Notes: generated by a model not told the origin, from the sequence alone. A stretch of DNA of 64,000 bases from Candidatus Methanomethylophilaceae archaeon (GCA_944320495.1 CALUHR010000006.1:31275-95274); one strand, 5' to 3'. Counted from the stretch's first letter, positions 52,963 to 64,000 are shown. A program made the numbers and translations.

Positions 52963-53967
52963 TCAGGATGCAGCCTTCTCCTCGGGGTGGGCGGCGAGAT
53001 ACTCGGCCTTGAGCCTGTCGAACTCAGCGTCCTCCTCGTCAGCCAGGGAGTCCTGCTTCTTCTTGATGCCCTGGTAGAGCATCTGGATGGCGATGATGAC
53101 GATCACCGCGGAGACGAGCCACTTGATGTAGTCCATGGGGAAGTTGTCGGTGACGTACAGGATGACGAAGCATCCGAGGGCTCCACCGATGGTTCCGGCG
53201 AAGGTCGAGATGACTGCGGTCTTCCTGTCGTACTGGGGCTTCTCCGCGTGGACGGACTGCCTGATGAACGAGATGGCTGCGGTCGGGATGAGGAAGGCGC
53301 AGCTTCCCATCATGATGGGGTATGCGACGTCGATGTTCATTCCCATGATGGCGACGGTGGCCATCAGCGGCGCGTAGATTCCGATTCCGATGGTCATCAG
53401 GGCTCCGAAGATGAAGCTGATCAGGGTGATCACGATGAGCTTCCATCCGCTGAGTCCTGTGGCGTTGCCGACCTGGTTTCCGATGACCCCGGTCAGCTGC
53501 AGGATCATGACGGCCGCGACGACGATGAGCGCGGCACCGACGACGATACGGGTCATGTTCAGGTTGAGCCTGGAGACGAGACCTCCGCCGATGTACGCTC
53601 CGATGGTCGATGCCACGATGCAGCACACGAGGGTGAGGGTGTCCACCTCGACGTTCGTGATGAAGATGATCGACGCGACCATCTGGTAGGCGACGGTGCA
53701 GACCTGGAGGGTTCCGGGGATGTACTTGTCGCGGAGGATCTTGAACGTCTTGAATCCGGCGGTCAGGGGGCCGTAGGATCCGATTCCGATACCATCCCAG
53801 AACAGGCAGAACGCGGTCCATGCCGCGGCCTTGATCGTCTTCGCGTTGCCTCCGACCTTCATCTGGACCTTGAAATCCACCCTGTTCTGGCGGATGTCGT
53901 AGACCATGTATCCGAGGGCGGCGACGCTGATGACGACGACCAGGATGTCGATGATCAGCACTTCCAT
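52963..53967 (-). CDS. TauE/SafE (TSUP) family transporter
   Basis: Multiple TMs, GIGSYGP, IPGTL, MTIGIGIYAP. Confidence 0.8.
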   Translation of the reverse strand: MEVLIIDILVVVISVAALGYMVYDIRQNRVDFKVQMKVGGNAKTIKAAAWTAFCLFWDGIGIGSYGPLTAGFKTFKILRDKYIPGTLQVCTVAYQMVASIIFITNVEVDTLTLVCCIVASTIGAYIGGGLVSRLNLNMTRIVVGAALIVVAAVMILQLTGVIGNQVGNATGLSGWKLIVITLISFIFGALMTIGIGIYAPLMATVAIMGMNIDVAYPIMMGSCAFLIPTAAISFIRQSVHAEKPQYDRKTAVISTFAGTIGGALGCFVILYVTDNFPMDYIKWLVSAVIVIIAIQMLYQGIKKKQDSLADEEDAEFDRLKAEYLAAHPEEKAAS

Positions 53968-54031
53968 AGATACCATATTTTCACCTTATTCCTTCTACAG
54001 AGGAAAGGTGGGGGCGTGCCCCCGTTTTCAA

Positions 54032-55438
54032 TCACTTCTTGAGCTGGTTCCTGTAGTGCTCGCAGTTGCTGATCGTGATTCCGAGGACCTTCTCGATGTT
54101 CATCTTGGCGGGGAGTCCCTTGGGGCTGTTGGGCTGGCCGGTGACGACTCCGAGGCCCTCCTTGTCCCTGATGTCCCTGATGAAGTTCTCCTCGGTGAGC
54201 TGGAACGGGTCGATCTCGAGCTTGTCGGCGACGTACTTCTTGGCGGCGTCGATCTTCATGTTCTTGGCGAACTGCATCCTGCAGACCAGATCGCCGGTGG
54301 TCCTCATTCCGCCCATTCCGGAGCAGAGGCCGTGGGCAACCGCCATGGAGGCGATGTCCCCGGATCCGACCTATATTCCGTCGATGTTGGCGATCTCGAT
54401 GAGGATCTTCGCGGCCCTCCCGGTGATGTCGGTGGGAGGAAGCTCGCACATCGGGATTCCGCCGACACCCATTCCCATGTTGGCGTGGACGGGGATGTTG
54501 GCGACCTTGACGCATTCCTTGGTGATGACGGCGGAGCGGGCGGCGTTCCAGGCGAAGCTCTTGGAGGTGTTGGTGTTGACGACGGATCCGAAGATGTTGA
54601 CTCCGGCCTTCTCGCACAGCTTGACCTGCTCGTGGGGGTACATTCCGGCGACGACCTTGCCGTCGTACTCCATCCCGCCGTGGATTCCCAGGACGGTCTC
54701 CGCGGACATTCCGCACTCGATGTAGGCGTTGGGGTTGGACTTCCTGTAGTTCTCCATTCCCTTCAGGGTGGCGACGAACTCGGCGTCTCCGGCGGAGGCG
54801 ACGGTGTCGAAGTTGAATCCCTCGCAGCCGACCTTGTCGATCTCCTGGCAGACGTATCCGATGTCCCTGGTGAGGTGCTCGGCGGCAGCCTCGGAGGCGG
54901 CCATGGACTCCTCGATCTTGAACTCCCTCATGAGGTCGGTGGGGTTCGCGTAGGGTCCGTCGGGGGCGTAGTAGAGACCCATGTTGGGCATGGCTCCCAT
55001 GACGAGAGGCAGGGTGGTCAGCATGGCCATCTGCTCGTAGTTGGAGGTCTCGCAGTTGATGACGGCCTTCACGGGCTTGATGGAGTAGTCCATCCAGGCG
55101 AGCTCCATGGAGTCGAAGGTGAGGGACCTCTCGTAGACGAGGAGACCCTCGAGCCTGCCCATGCAGGGGATGGCGTTCCCGCTTCCGCCGTTGTCCTGGT
55201 TGAATTTGATGGCACCGGCGTCCTTGGAGAGGCAGACCTCCCTTCCGGGCTCGATGCTGGTGATCTTGCTCTTGTCGCAGACGATCTCGTAGATGCGCTC
55301 CATCTCGTCCTGGGAGAGCTCAGGGACCTGGGCGGCGTCGGCACCGTCAGCCATACCAGCGACGATGTCGGACATGATCTGCTCCTTGGTCATCCTGACC
55401 CTTCTGCCGTCTCCCATCCTCGTTATGTAGTCTTCCAT
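54032..55438 (-). CDS. mtbB: Second dimethylamine methyltransferase, Pyl at codon 356 (TAG 54371-54373)
   Basis: MEDYITRMGDG; IDGI-TAG-VGSGD; in frame with 54032-54346. Confidence 0.95.
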
Positions 55439-55473
55439 TTCAGATACCTCCTCTCAAATGAATCCTAAGAAAA

Positions 55474-56118
55474 TCATCCCCTGATGGCCTTGGCCTTCTC
55501 GGTGGTCTCGGAGGCGGACTCCCCGTAGAGGTCGGCACCGATCTTGTCGCAGTAGGCCTGGGTGACGGGAGCGCCGCCGACCATGACGGTGACGCTGTCC
55601 CTGAGGTTGTCGTTCTTGAGCATCTCGATGACGTCCTTCATGACGGCCATGGTGGTGGTCATGAGGGCGGACATCCCGAGGTAGGTGCATCCGCCCTTGA
55701 CCTCGTCGATGAAGTTCTGGGAGGGTACGTCCCTTCCCAGGTCGTGGACCTCGAATCCGGCGCACTGGAGCATGGTGGAGCAGATGGACTTGCCGATGTC
55801 GTGGACGTCTCCCTCGACGGTTCCCATGACGACGGAGGCCTGCTTCGCGTCCTGCACCTTGTTCTTCTCGAGCTCGGGTCCGAGGATGTCCATGGCGCTC
55901 TTCATTCCAGCGGCCGCGGAGAGGACGTGGGGGAGGAACAGCTTGCCCCTCTCGAACATGACTCCGACGTCGGACATGGCGGCACCCATGGTGTTGATGA
56001 TGTCGGTCGCAGGCATTCCCGCGGCGTGGGCCTCATCGACGGCCTTCTTGATCTCGGGCACCTTGCACCCGACGATGGCTTTCTTCAGCGCTTCCTCATG
56101 AGCTTCGAATCCAGTCAT
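55474..56118 (-). CDS. mtbC: Methylamine corrinoid protein
   Basis: B12-binding DVHDIGK, MSALMTTTM, VMVGGAPVT; upstream of mtbB. Confidence 0.9.
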   Translation of the reverse strand: MTGFEAHEEALKKAIVGCKVPEIKKAVDEAHAAGMPATDIINTMGAAMSDVGVMFERGKLFLPHVLSAAAGMKSAMDILGPELEKNKVQDAKQASVVMGTVEGDVHDIGKSICSTMLQCAGFEVHDLGRDVPSQNFIDEVKGGCTYLGMSALMTTTMAVMKDVIEMLKNDNLRDSVTVMVGGAPVTQAYCDKIGADLYGESASETTEKAKAIRG

Positions 56119-56730
56119 TTTCTCTGATTCCTGGTCCCTAAGGACTGGAAAAACGATTTTTTTACTGATGATATAAGAAGTAATGCTATTGAGGCGATTT
56201 TCGGGCTATTTTTGATGAAATGTGGCGAAATACCCAAAAAACAGGGCAATATATTGAATATACCAACAAATACAGTTAAATACAAGAATTTGAGGGATTG
56301 GTTTTGCCCGATAATTCGTACTCAGAAATGTCACTTTTTTCCAGGGTATTTTGGGGTCGTTTCAAGGGTTCACGGCGTTAATGATGTCAAATGGCAATCG
56401 TTTTCACCGACGGGCCGGAATCCCGCATCGGCGGGTCTCAAAAAGTGTCCGAAACATGCCATATAGACATTTGATCCGAGGGTGGTGTTTCCCGATTCTA
56501 GCGTCTATCTTTCGGGGGACGGTCCCTGTCTATGCAATATACCAATATCGGGATTTGGACGTCCGACTGGGCATGGAAGACGTCGGAAAGCGATGCCAAT
56601 CCCGACGGATGTATGCCTCGTCACCTGGAGAAAACGGCATATACGGAAGTGGTGAGAAGGTCGGGAAGTTCCATGCTTCGGTTGGTGTTTGGGTCCGGAC
56701 GGGAACTCCGATCCCGTCCGGATAGTTCCG

Positions 56731-58188
56731 TCACTCGGACGCGTTGTTGGCCTTGGCGGCCTCGATCTCCTCGGGGTCCGCCTCCTTTCCGAAGTATTCG
56801 CCGTACTTCCTCTTGCAGTGGATCGCGAAGTAGATACCGACGATGCTCCAGGCGAGGACCAGGAGCCACTCCTCCCATCCGAGGGTGGAGCCGGATCCGG
56901 GCAGCAGGTACATGAAGACCATGAATCCGGACATGATCGCGGCCAGGACTCCGATGAGCTTCCCATGGCTGACCTTGTAGGGTCTGGGCATGTCGGGCTC
57001 CGTCTTCCTGAGCTTCAGGAACGTGATTGACACGATGAAGTATGCGACGCAGCAACCCAGGTTGGCGGCGTTGACGACCCATGTGAGCATCTCCCTTCCG
57101 AAGAAGGGCGCCAGCAGGGCCAGCAGTCCGAAGAGCAGCAGGGCGTTGACAGGGGTCTTGTACTTCTCGTGGATCTTGGCGAACCTGTGGGGGATCATGT
57201 TGGAGGCTGCCAGGGAATAGAGCGATCTGCTCCCACCCATGAGGAAGGAGTTCCAGGTGGTGATGACTCCGCACAGTCCACCCAGTAACACGACGCTCGC
57301 CAACGCCTCGCTGTTGAATGCGAACTTGATCGCATCCGCCGTCACCAGGCCACTGTGCCCCATCGAGTATATGATGTCCTCTGGGGTCATCAGAAGTCCG
57401 ATCGCGAGGATGATCAAAACGTAGAATATGACCGCCACCATGATCGAGATGACCATGATCATACCGATCTTCTTGAACGGCACCTTGATCTCCTCGGCCG
57501 TCTGAGGGATGACATCGAATCCTATGAAGAAGAACGGCGTCAGCATCATGACTGTGAGGGTTCCCTTGATCGCCAGGTCGCCTTCTCCGGCGAACAGCTG
57601 GTTCTCTATGTTCGCGGTGTCACCGGCGTAAAGTCCGGAGGCGATCATGAACACGCCGACGCCGACGATGATCAGCGTCATGACGGTTTGGAAGATTGCT
57701 GCGGTCTTGATCCCGCGGATATTGATGTAAGTAATGGCGAGTCCGATGAGGACCGCGGACACGATCCATGTCACATAGACATCGAATCCGGCAATAGTGT
57801 AAAGGTATCCCTGAAGGAAGTTGGGCCAGATGTAGCTGATGCACAGAGGGATGGTACATGCCTCGAAGCATGTGACTCCCAGATATCCGAGCACGATGGC
57901 CCATGTGCATATGAACGACCCCGTTGGCCCGAAGGCACGCATGGCGAAGACATGTTCTCCGCCGCACTTCGGCATCGCCGACGTGAGCTCGGCGTAGGTG
58001 AGTCCGACGAAGAACACCATCAATCCACCGCAGGCGAATCCGATCGCCGCTCCGGCGACACCGCCCGATTCAATCCAGCTCCCAGAGGACACGACCCAGC
58101 CCCAGCCGATCATGGCTCCCAGGGCCAGAACGATAATGTCCCAACGATTCAATACACGCTCGAACTTGGAATCATCACCTTCATTCAT
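56731..58188 (-). CDS. APC-family permease (possible methylamine permease)
   Basis: LALGAMIGWGW, YAELTSAMPKCGG, FIGFD, about 12 TMs. Confidence 0.85.
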   Translation of the reverse strand: MNEGDDSKFERVLNRWDIIVLALGAMIGWGWVVSSGSWIESGGVAGAAIGFACGGLMVFFVGLTYAELTSAMPKCGGEHVFAMRAFGPTGSFICTWAIVLGYLGVTCFEACTIPLCISYIWPNFLQGYLYTIAGFDVYVTWIVSAVLIGLAITYINIRGIKTAAIFQTVMTLIIVGVGVFMIASGLYAGDTANIENQLFAGEGDLAIKGTLTVMMLTPFFFIGFDVIPQTAEEIKVPFKKIGMIMVISIMVAVIFYVLIILAIGLLMTPEDIIYSMGHSGLVTADAIKFAFNSEALASVVLLGGLCGVITTWNSFLMGGSRSLYSLAASNMIPHRFAKIHEKYKTPVNALLLFGLLALLAPFFGREMLTWVVNAANLGCCVAYFIVSITFLKLRKTEPDMPRPYKVSHGKLIGVLAAIMSGFMVFMYLLPGSGSTLGWEEWLLVLAWSIVGIYFAIHCKRKYGEYFGKEADPEEIEAAKANNASE

Positions 58189-58938
58189 AACGAATCACCA
58201 GTCGAATTCCATTTCACCGGATGCTGCATGGACGAACGGGTCGAAACCTCCGGTAGAGGCTTATGGCATACTGAACGGGATACCCCCGTTGATAACTAAC
58301 CATCGCATTCGTTTTGCATTTCACACCCTCCCGGCTCACCCTCTACGGGCACTAGCCGGAAATCTCGGGAGGCTCAGGATCTCTGCGCCCATCCAGTGAT
58401 TTGCTGATTGAAACGACAAGACATGGGTTTTTAAAACAATGTATTAACGGCGTTGATTTAGAGAGTTAAACTGTAATCGTTTGGATTAAATTGTTAAATA
58501 AATTAGTATGAACTCGGGATTGGATGGAATCTAAGAAAAAATTAAATATAAGTGTATGAACGTGAAAAATATTGAATTAATTTTCATCAGTAGTGTTTAC
58601 AGTATGACATAATTTCGGCAGTTGTGTGGATAAAAAGACATTTAATGTAGATTCATACGCAGGTTAACTAATTCCTCGATTCGAACAATGTTCATTTTCG
58701 GATATTGGAGATAGCGGATAACATCAGTCATCATCCCATTGGAAGCAGGTCCGTATTTCAGACCCGAGGGGAACGATCATTGATGGAGGTCGAGGGAATC
58801 GTACGTACTGTCGATCGATATGAGGTGAGGAATTAGGTCTCTATTTTTCTTGTTATAATATATGGGGCGAGTAGGATTGTTAAATTATTTTATATAATCC
58901 GTACGGGATGGAAAGATGCCCTTGACGGAGATGCCGAC

Positions 58939-60927
58939 ATGAGGATTGGACTTGGTCTCGATACCGGAGGTACGTACACAGATGCTGTCATAATGGATCT
59001 TGAGAGGGGGGAGGTCCTCTCCAAGGCTAAGTCCATGACGACGTACGAGGATCTGACGATCGGCATTGAGGGGGCCATCGATAGGCTGGACCAGTCCCTT
59101 CTGGGGTCCCTGGGGGTCGTCGCGCTCTCATCCACGTTGGCCACCAACTCGGTCGTCGAGGGAAAGGGTTGTCGTGTCGGCCTGATATGCATCGGAGGCG
59201 AGTACGATCGCACCCTCGGTGCGGACTACATGATCTCCGTCAGAGGCGGGAACGACATACACGGGGATGAACTGGAGCCGTTGGGCGTCAAGGAGGCCGA
59301 GGAGTTCATGCGCTCCATAGTCGGCAAGGTGGAGGGTCTGGCGATATCCGGGTACCTGTCGGTCAGGAACCCGGCCCAGGAGAAGAGGCTCAAGGAGATG
59401 GCCAAGGCGATCCTAGATGTCCCCGTCGTGTGCGGGTACGAGCTGACCTCCGAGCTGGGGTTCAACGAGCGCACCACCACCTGTATCATGAACAGCAGGC
59501 TCATTCCGATAATGGACGAGCTCATACGCTCCGTCCGCAAGGCTCTCGATGAGAGAGGTATCAGGGCACCGCTGATGATATCCCGCGGAGACGGGAGCAT
59601 GATGACCGATGCGGTAGCACGTGAGCGTCCGGTGGAGACGATCCTCTCGGGTCCTGCGGCTAGTCTCATGGGTGCCATGCACATGACGGGCATTAGGGAC
59701 GCTGTTGTCATGGACATGGGCGGGACGACCACCGATATCGGGATCCTCAGGGATGGTCGCCCCAGCCTGGACCGTGAGGGCGCCATCATAGACGGGAAGA
59801 GGACCAGGGTGATGGCTGCGAGGGTGTATACATCGGGCATCGGAGGCGACAGTCGCATAGTGGTGAATCCCGGGAGCGTCATTCTCACGCCACAGAGGGT
59901 GATCCCGCTGTGCGTGGCCGCCCACAGGTGGTCGGAAGTGGCGGAGGGTGTCAGGACCCTCACACAGAAGCTTCCGCATCATCTCACGCGCCCTCTGAGC
60001 AGGCCGGAGCTCCAGAACTTCGATTACGAGTACTTCCATACGGTCAAGGACCCGTCCGAATCATTCGTCATGGGTGAGTACGACAGGAGGTTCCTGAGGC
60101 TCGCGAAGGAGCGTCCGGTCACCCTGAGGATCGCCACCATGGAGCTTGGATGCAACACGTACGACATCCAGATTCAGAGGATGGAGGAACTCGGACTCAT
60201 ACAGAGGGTTGGCATAACACCGACCGACATCCTCCATGTGGAGGGAAGCTACAGGGAGTTCGATTCGACGGCATCCGAAATCGGAGTGAGGTATCTCGCA
60301 TCACTCGTCGATGTAAACGTCGACCAGTTCGTCACCATCGCCAAGCGTGCCATACGCAACAAGTTGTGCGTGGAGCTTATGAAGGCCCTGATCACCGAGG
60401 ACTCCGGCGAACCCAACCTTGGGACCACGGGAATGGACCTGCTCATGAAGGGGATAACCTCCCGTCTAGGCAAGGACTTCGGGTGCTCCATCATCCTGTC
60501 GAAGCCTATCATCGGCATCGGTGCCCCTTCGGGGGTCTACATGAGATGGGTGGGGGAGGCCCTGCACACCGATGTGATGATCTCGGTCGATTCCGATGTC
60601 GGTAATGCCGTCGGGGCCGTGTGCGCATCCATATCGGAGTCGGTGAAGTACGTCATCAGGCCGATGGTCCCACGCCGGGAGGGTGCGGTCTACGAGGTGT
60701 TCTCCAAGATGGGTCGCAAGTGGTTCGCCACCCTGGAGGAGGCCATGGAGTCTTGCGAATCAGAGGCCAGGGAATACGTCACGGAGGCGGCGCTCGAGAA
60801 CAACGCGGACGTCGTCGAGATATCCGTGGACCTGGACAGGAAGCCGTACATATATATCCCGGGCGAGGGACGTCTGGACGAGGTCACGATGGTCGTGACC
60901 GCGGCGGGGAAGCCAAGGATGTTCCGA
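58939..60927 (+). CDS. Hydantoinase/oxoprolinase family (ASKHA ATPase) protein; ends at CGA 60925-60927
   Basis: GLDTGGTYTDA, ALSSTLATNS, ETILSGPAAS, DMGGTTTDI; standard-code ORF ends at 60951. Confidence 0.88.
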
Positions 60928-61242
60928 TGTCCGAGTGACACATGGTTCTAAAAAATTAAACATAATTAACTCTCTATATTATTCTGGGGTGTTTCACGAG
61001 AAGAATGGGAGGTGTTGGATGTAACCCCATCCAACCCCCATTCGATTCTTTGGCGATTCTCAGAGCTTCCGAATGCACAGAATCATCCGAAATCCAAGGA
61101 AAATATCCTCTATTTTTTGAATGAAACGTGGAAAAATAGGATTTTCTGTCGCGAGAAAAACAATTAAAATTTCTTAACTAATGAAAACTTTAATATATTT
61201 AATAAAATAATTTTAACCATACCCCAATGGAGGGGAGTGAAT

Positions 61243-62700
61243 ATGAGGAGACCAAAGCTAGAGATTCTTTCTAAATCCGAGATTCTCGACATCGATGCTG
61301 CAAGTAAAAAGGTGCTCGAGGAAGTCGGACTCATGGTCAACCACGAGAAAGCTAGGCAGATGTTCAAGGCTGCCGGCTGCGAGGTTGACGAGAAGACCAA
61401 GGTTGTCAAGATCCCCGAGTCTCTCGTCGTCGAGGCTATGTCTAGCACCCCGACTAACTACAAGTACTACAGCCGTGACGGAAAGCACGACTGCACTCTG
61501 GTCGGAGACGGATCCAAGACCCTCTTCGCGCCTCTTGGAATCGCAACCAACGTTACCGACTACGTCTCTCCTGGTGTCTTCAAGAAGAGGCCCTCCACCC
61601 TCAAAGACATCCAGAACATGTCCACCATCGTTGATGCGTGCCCGAACATCGACCACATGATTCAGGGAGTCTCCGCCATGGATCTCATGACGGTCACTGA
61701 CCAGAACCGCCGTGTCCGTGAGTTCGATGCTCTGCTCACCGGTACCTCGAAGCCCTTCATGTGGGACTCAGACTACAGGTACAACGAGGACTGCTTCAAG
61801 ATCGAGGCCGCATGCTACAGCGGTGACGAGGAGGAGGCCAGGAAGAAGCCCTTCTACATGAACGTCAGCTGTACCACCAGCCCTCTCCAGCTGGACTACG
61901 CCCTGTGCGACCTGTGCCTGACCTCTGCTGAGTTCAACGTCCCCATGATGGTCATGACCATGGGAATGTGTGGAACCTCCGCTCCGATCCACATCGCCGG
62001 AACCCTCGTCGAGAACAATGCCGAGGTTCTGGGAGGACTTATCCTGTCCCAGCTGGCCAACAAGGGTGCACCCAACCTCTACGGAAGCTGCACCACCTCC
62101 TTCGACTTCCACTGCAACAGCGCTCCCTGGGGAACCCCCGAGGGAAGCCTGATCAGCGCTTGTGTTGGTCAGCTCGCCAACTACTACGGCGTTCCCTCCA
62201 TCGTCATGGGAACCGCCTCCGACTCCAAGATGCCCGACATCCAGTGCGGACACGAGGAGACCATGAACATGATGATGCCCACCCTCGCCGGTGCCACCAA
62301 CCTCACCGGTGCCGGAATGATGGAGCTGGGAATGTCCCACTCCTTCGAGAAGATGGTCATCGACAACGACCTGTTCGGCGTCATGAACAGGATCATGGAG
62401 GGAGTCGAGGTCACCAAGGAGACCATGATGGTCGATGACATCATCGCCGTCGGTCCCTTCGGAGACTACGTCGCCCACCCCTCCACCCTCGAGAACTTCG
62501 GAATGATCAACCACTCCGACTGCCTCGACCACAACATGTACGACGAGTGGGTCGCCGGTGGCAGCAAGGCCGCCCTCGACCTCGCCCACGAGCGCGTCCT
62601 CGACATCCTGGCCAACCACCAGGTCACCCCGATCGAGAACGACGTCCGCAAGTCCATCGATGCTATCATCAAGGAGGCCGACGCTAAGTACAAGGCATGA
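61243..62700 (+). CDS. MttB (trimethylamine methyltransferase) superfamily protein without pyrrolysine
   Basis: SPLQLD, APIHIAGTLV, SDSKMPDIQCGHE, GAG-M-MELG at the usual Pyl site; no internal TAG. Confidence 0.9.
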   Translation: MRRPKLEILSKSEILDIDAASKKVLEEVGLMVNHEKARQMFKAAGCEVDEKTKVVKIPESLVVEAMSSTPTNYKYYSRDGKHDCTLVGDGSKTLFAPLGIATNVTDYVSPGVFKKRPSTLKDIQNMSTIVDACPNIDHMIQGVSAMDLMTVTDQNRRVREFDALLTGTSKPFMWDSDYRYNEDCFKIEAACYSGDEEEARKKPFYMNVSCTTSPLQLDYALCDLCLTSAEFNVPMMVMTMGMCGTSAPIHIAGTLVENNAEVLGGLILSQLANKGAPNLYGSCTTSFDFHCNSAPWGTPEGSLISACVGQLANYYGVPSIVMGTASDSKMPDIQCGHEETMNMMMPTLAGATNLTGAGMMELGMSHSFEKMVIDNDLFGVMNRIMEGVEVTKETMMVDDIIAVGPFGDYVAHPSTLENFGMINHSDCLDHNMYDEWVAGGSKAALDLAHERVLDILANHQVTPIENDVRKSIDAIIKEADAKYKA

Positions 62701-62754
62701 GTGATCCCCCTCCATTGCGACAAGCAATGAGCTGATTGCTTCAACCACATTTCC

Positions 62755-62774
62755 GCCGCCCCGCGAGGGGCGGC
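62755..62774 (+). terminator. Intra-operon hairpin
   Basis: GCCGCCCC-gcga-GGGGCGGC. Confidence 0.45.
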
Positions 62775-62799
62775 ATTCTCAAATCGTGAGTTGATACAA

Positions 62800-63780
62800 A
62801 TGGACACAGTCGTATTGGTTCTGGATATCCTGGTCTGCATCGCCATCGCCCTGGGTATCTACTACATGGTCAGGGACATGGCCAAGCACAAGGAACAGAC
62901 CCTGGCCGAGCTCAAGGTCGGCGGATGGTCCAAGACCATCAAGACCATCATCATCTCCACCGTGTTCCTCTTCCTGGACATGTTCGGAATCGGTTCCTAC
63001 GGACCCCACATGGCCTGCTGGAAGATCTTCAAGGTCACCCGTGACGAGTGGATCCCCGGAACCCTCAACGTGTGCATGCTGACCGCTACCCTGGTCGAGA
63101 CCCTCTACCTGGTCAACACCGTCAATGTCGAGATGACCACCCTCATCCCGTGCATCATCGCTGCCACCCTCGGATCCTGGCTCGGAGGCGGAATCGTCGT
63201 CAAGCTGAACGTCAACAAGATCCGTCTCGCCGTCGGAATCGCTCTGGCCGTCGTCGGTATCGTCCTCATCCTCCAGCTCACTGGCATCATGCCCACTGGA
63301 ACCAACGGAGAGGGAACCCACGGACTCAGTGGAATCAGTCTCGTCATCATCGTTCTGATCAGCCTGCTGTTCGGTGCCCTGATGACCATCGGTATCGGAA
63401 TCTACGCCCCTCTCCTGGCCTGCGCCAGCCTGCTGGGAATGGATCCCCTGTACGCTACCCCCATCATGCTCGGAACCTGCGCTTTCATCTGCCCCGCCGC
63501 AGCCATCCGCTTCGCCAAGGCTAGCTACGACTCTGACAAGCCCAGGTATGACAGGAAGATTGCCGTCGTCGTCACCCTCACCGGATGGATCGGACCCGTC
63601 ATTGCTTCCAACGTCATCCTGAGTCTCCCGACCACCGCCATGAAGTGGATCGTCGTGTGCGTCATGTTCATCGTGTCCGCCATGATGCTCTACCAGTGGT
63701 ACCACAAGTCCGGTGACGCTGTCGCGGAGAAGGAGGATGCCGAGCTCGCTTCCATAGAAGCGGAATCGTCGTCCGAATGA
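62800..63780 (+). CDS. TauE/SafE (TSUP) family transporter, paralogue of 52963-53967
   Basis: GIGSYGP, IPGTL, MTIGIGIYAP, KPRYDRK motifs shared with the first copy. Confidence 0.8.
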   Translation: MDTVVLVLDILVCIAIALGIYYMVRDMAKHKEQTLAELKVGGWSKTIKTIIISTVFLFLDMFGIGSYGPHMACWKIFKVTRDEWIPGTLNVCMLTATLVETLYLVNTVNVEMTTLIPCIIAATLGSWLGGGIVVKLNVNKIRLAVGIALAVVGIVLILQLTGIMPTGTNGEGTHGLSGISLVIIVLISLLFGALMTIGIGIYAPLLACASLLGMDPLYATPIMLGTCAFICPAAAIRFAKASYDSDKPRYDRKIAVVVTLTGWIGPVIASNVILSLPTTAMKWIVVCVMFIVSAMMLYQWYHKSGDAVAEKEDAELASIEAESSSE

Positions 63781-63852
63781 CGAAGCGATCGCCAAATCAA
63801 GATCAACAAACCTCTTCCAAACCTCTTATCTAAAAAGAAGGGAGAAGACCAA

Positions 63853-64000
63853 ATGAGTCAGGAAGAAGTCAACCAGAAAGCGAAACAGGCAGTCCTCAAA
63901 TACGATGTCAACGGCGCCAAGGCCGCCGCCCAGCAGGCCATCGCCGAGGGTCTGGACCCCGTCCAGGTCATCAACGAGGGATTCACCGCCGGTATCCAGG
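63853..64000 (+). CDS. Corrinoid protein N-terminus (truncated by the window edge)
   Basis: AKQAVLKYD...AIAEGLDPVQVINEGFTAGI, typical of the MttC/MtbC cap domain. Confidence 0.75.
   Translation, partial: MSQEEVNQKAKQAVLKYDVNGAKAAAQQAIAEGLDPVQVINEGFTAGIQ

Noticed and set aside
58260-58400. GC-rich hairpin region upstream of the APC permease, possibly a riboswitch
   Set aside because: I could not match it to SAM, TPP, FMN, lysine or glycine riboswitch consensus by eye; an Rfam/Infernal scan is needed.

Overview
Chromosomal window of a GC-rich methylotrophic methanogen, most consistent with Methanomassiliicoccales (hel308, lonB, egsA, pcc1, two pyrrolysine-type mtbB, an mttB homologue, corrinoid proteins). 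It holds housekeeping genes (1-20 kb), a defence block (TerB/BrxD-like/Lhr-like module plus a complete type I-E CRISPR-Cas, 20-36 kb), a leu operon, a variable island with simple repeats and transposase-derived genes (40.7-50.3 kb), and a methylamine utilisation region (50-64 kb). The main signal is an apparently non-standard genetic code. Reading the genes by hand, I found no in-frame CGA inside any protein body I checked, but about 15 genes have CGA at the expected C-terminus or in stop/start overlaps (CGATG). About 37 other genes end in TGA, and none has TAA or TAG as its primary stop. In-frame TAG interrupts mtbB (Pyl) and also cas3, a transposase-derived gene and a membrane-protein gene. 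Working hypothesis: UAG = pyrrolysine and CGA = stop. CRISPR spacer 9 matches a synonymous-variant allele of the adjacent leuA with a PAM-like AAC, and spacer 3 encodes a protein-primed polB motif. All codon counts are manual and need computational confirmation. Feature coordinates use CGA as the end where it applies.
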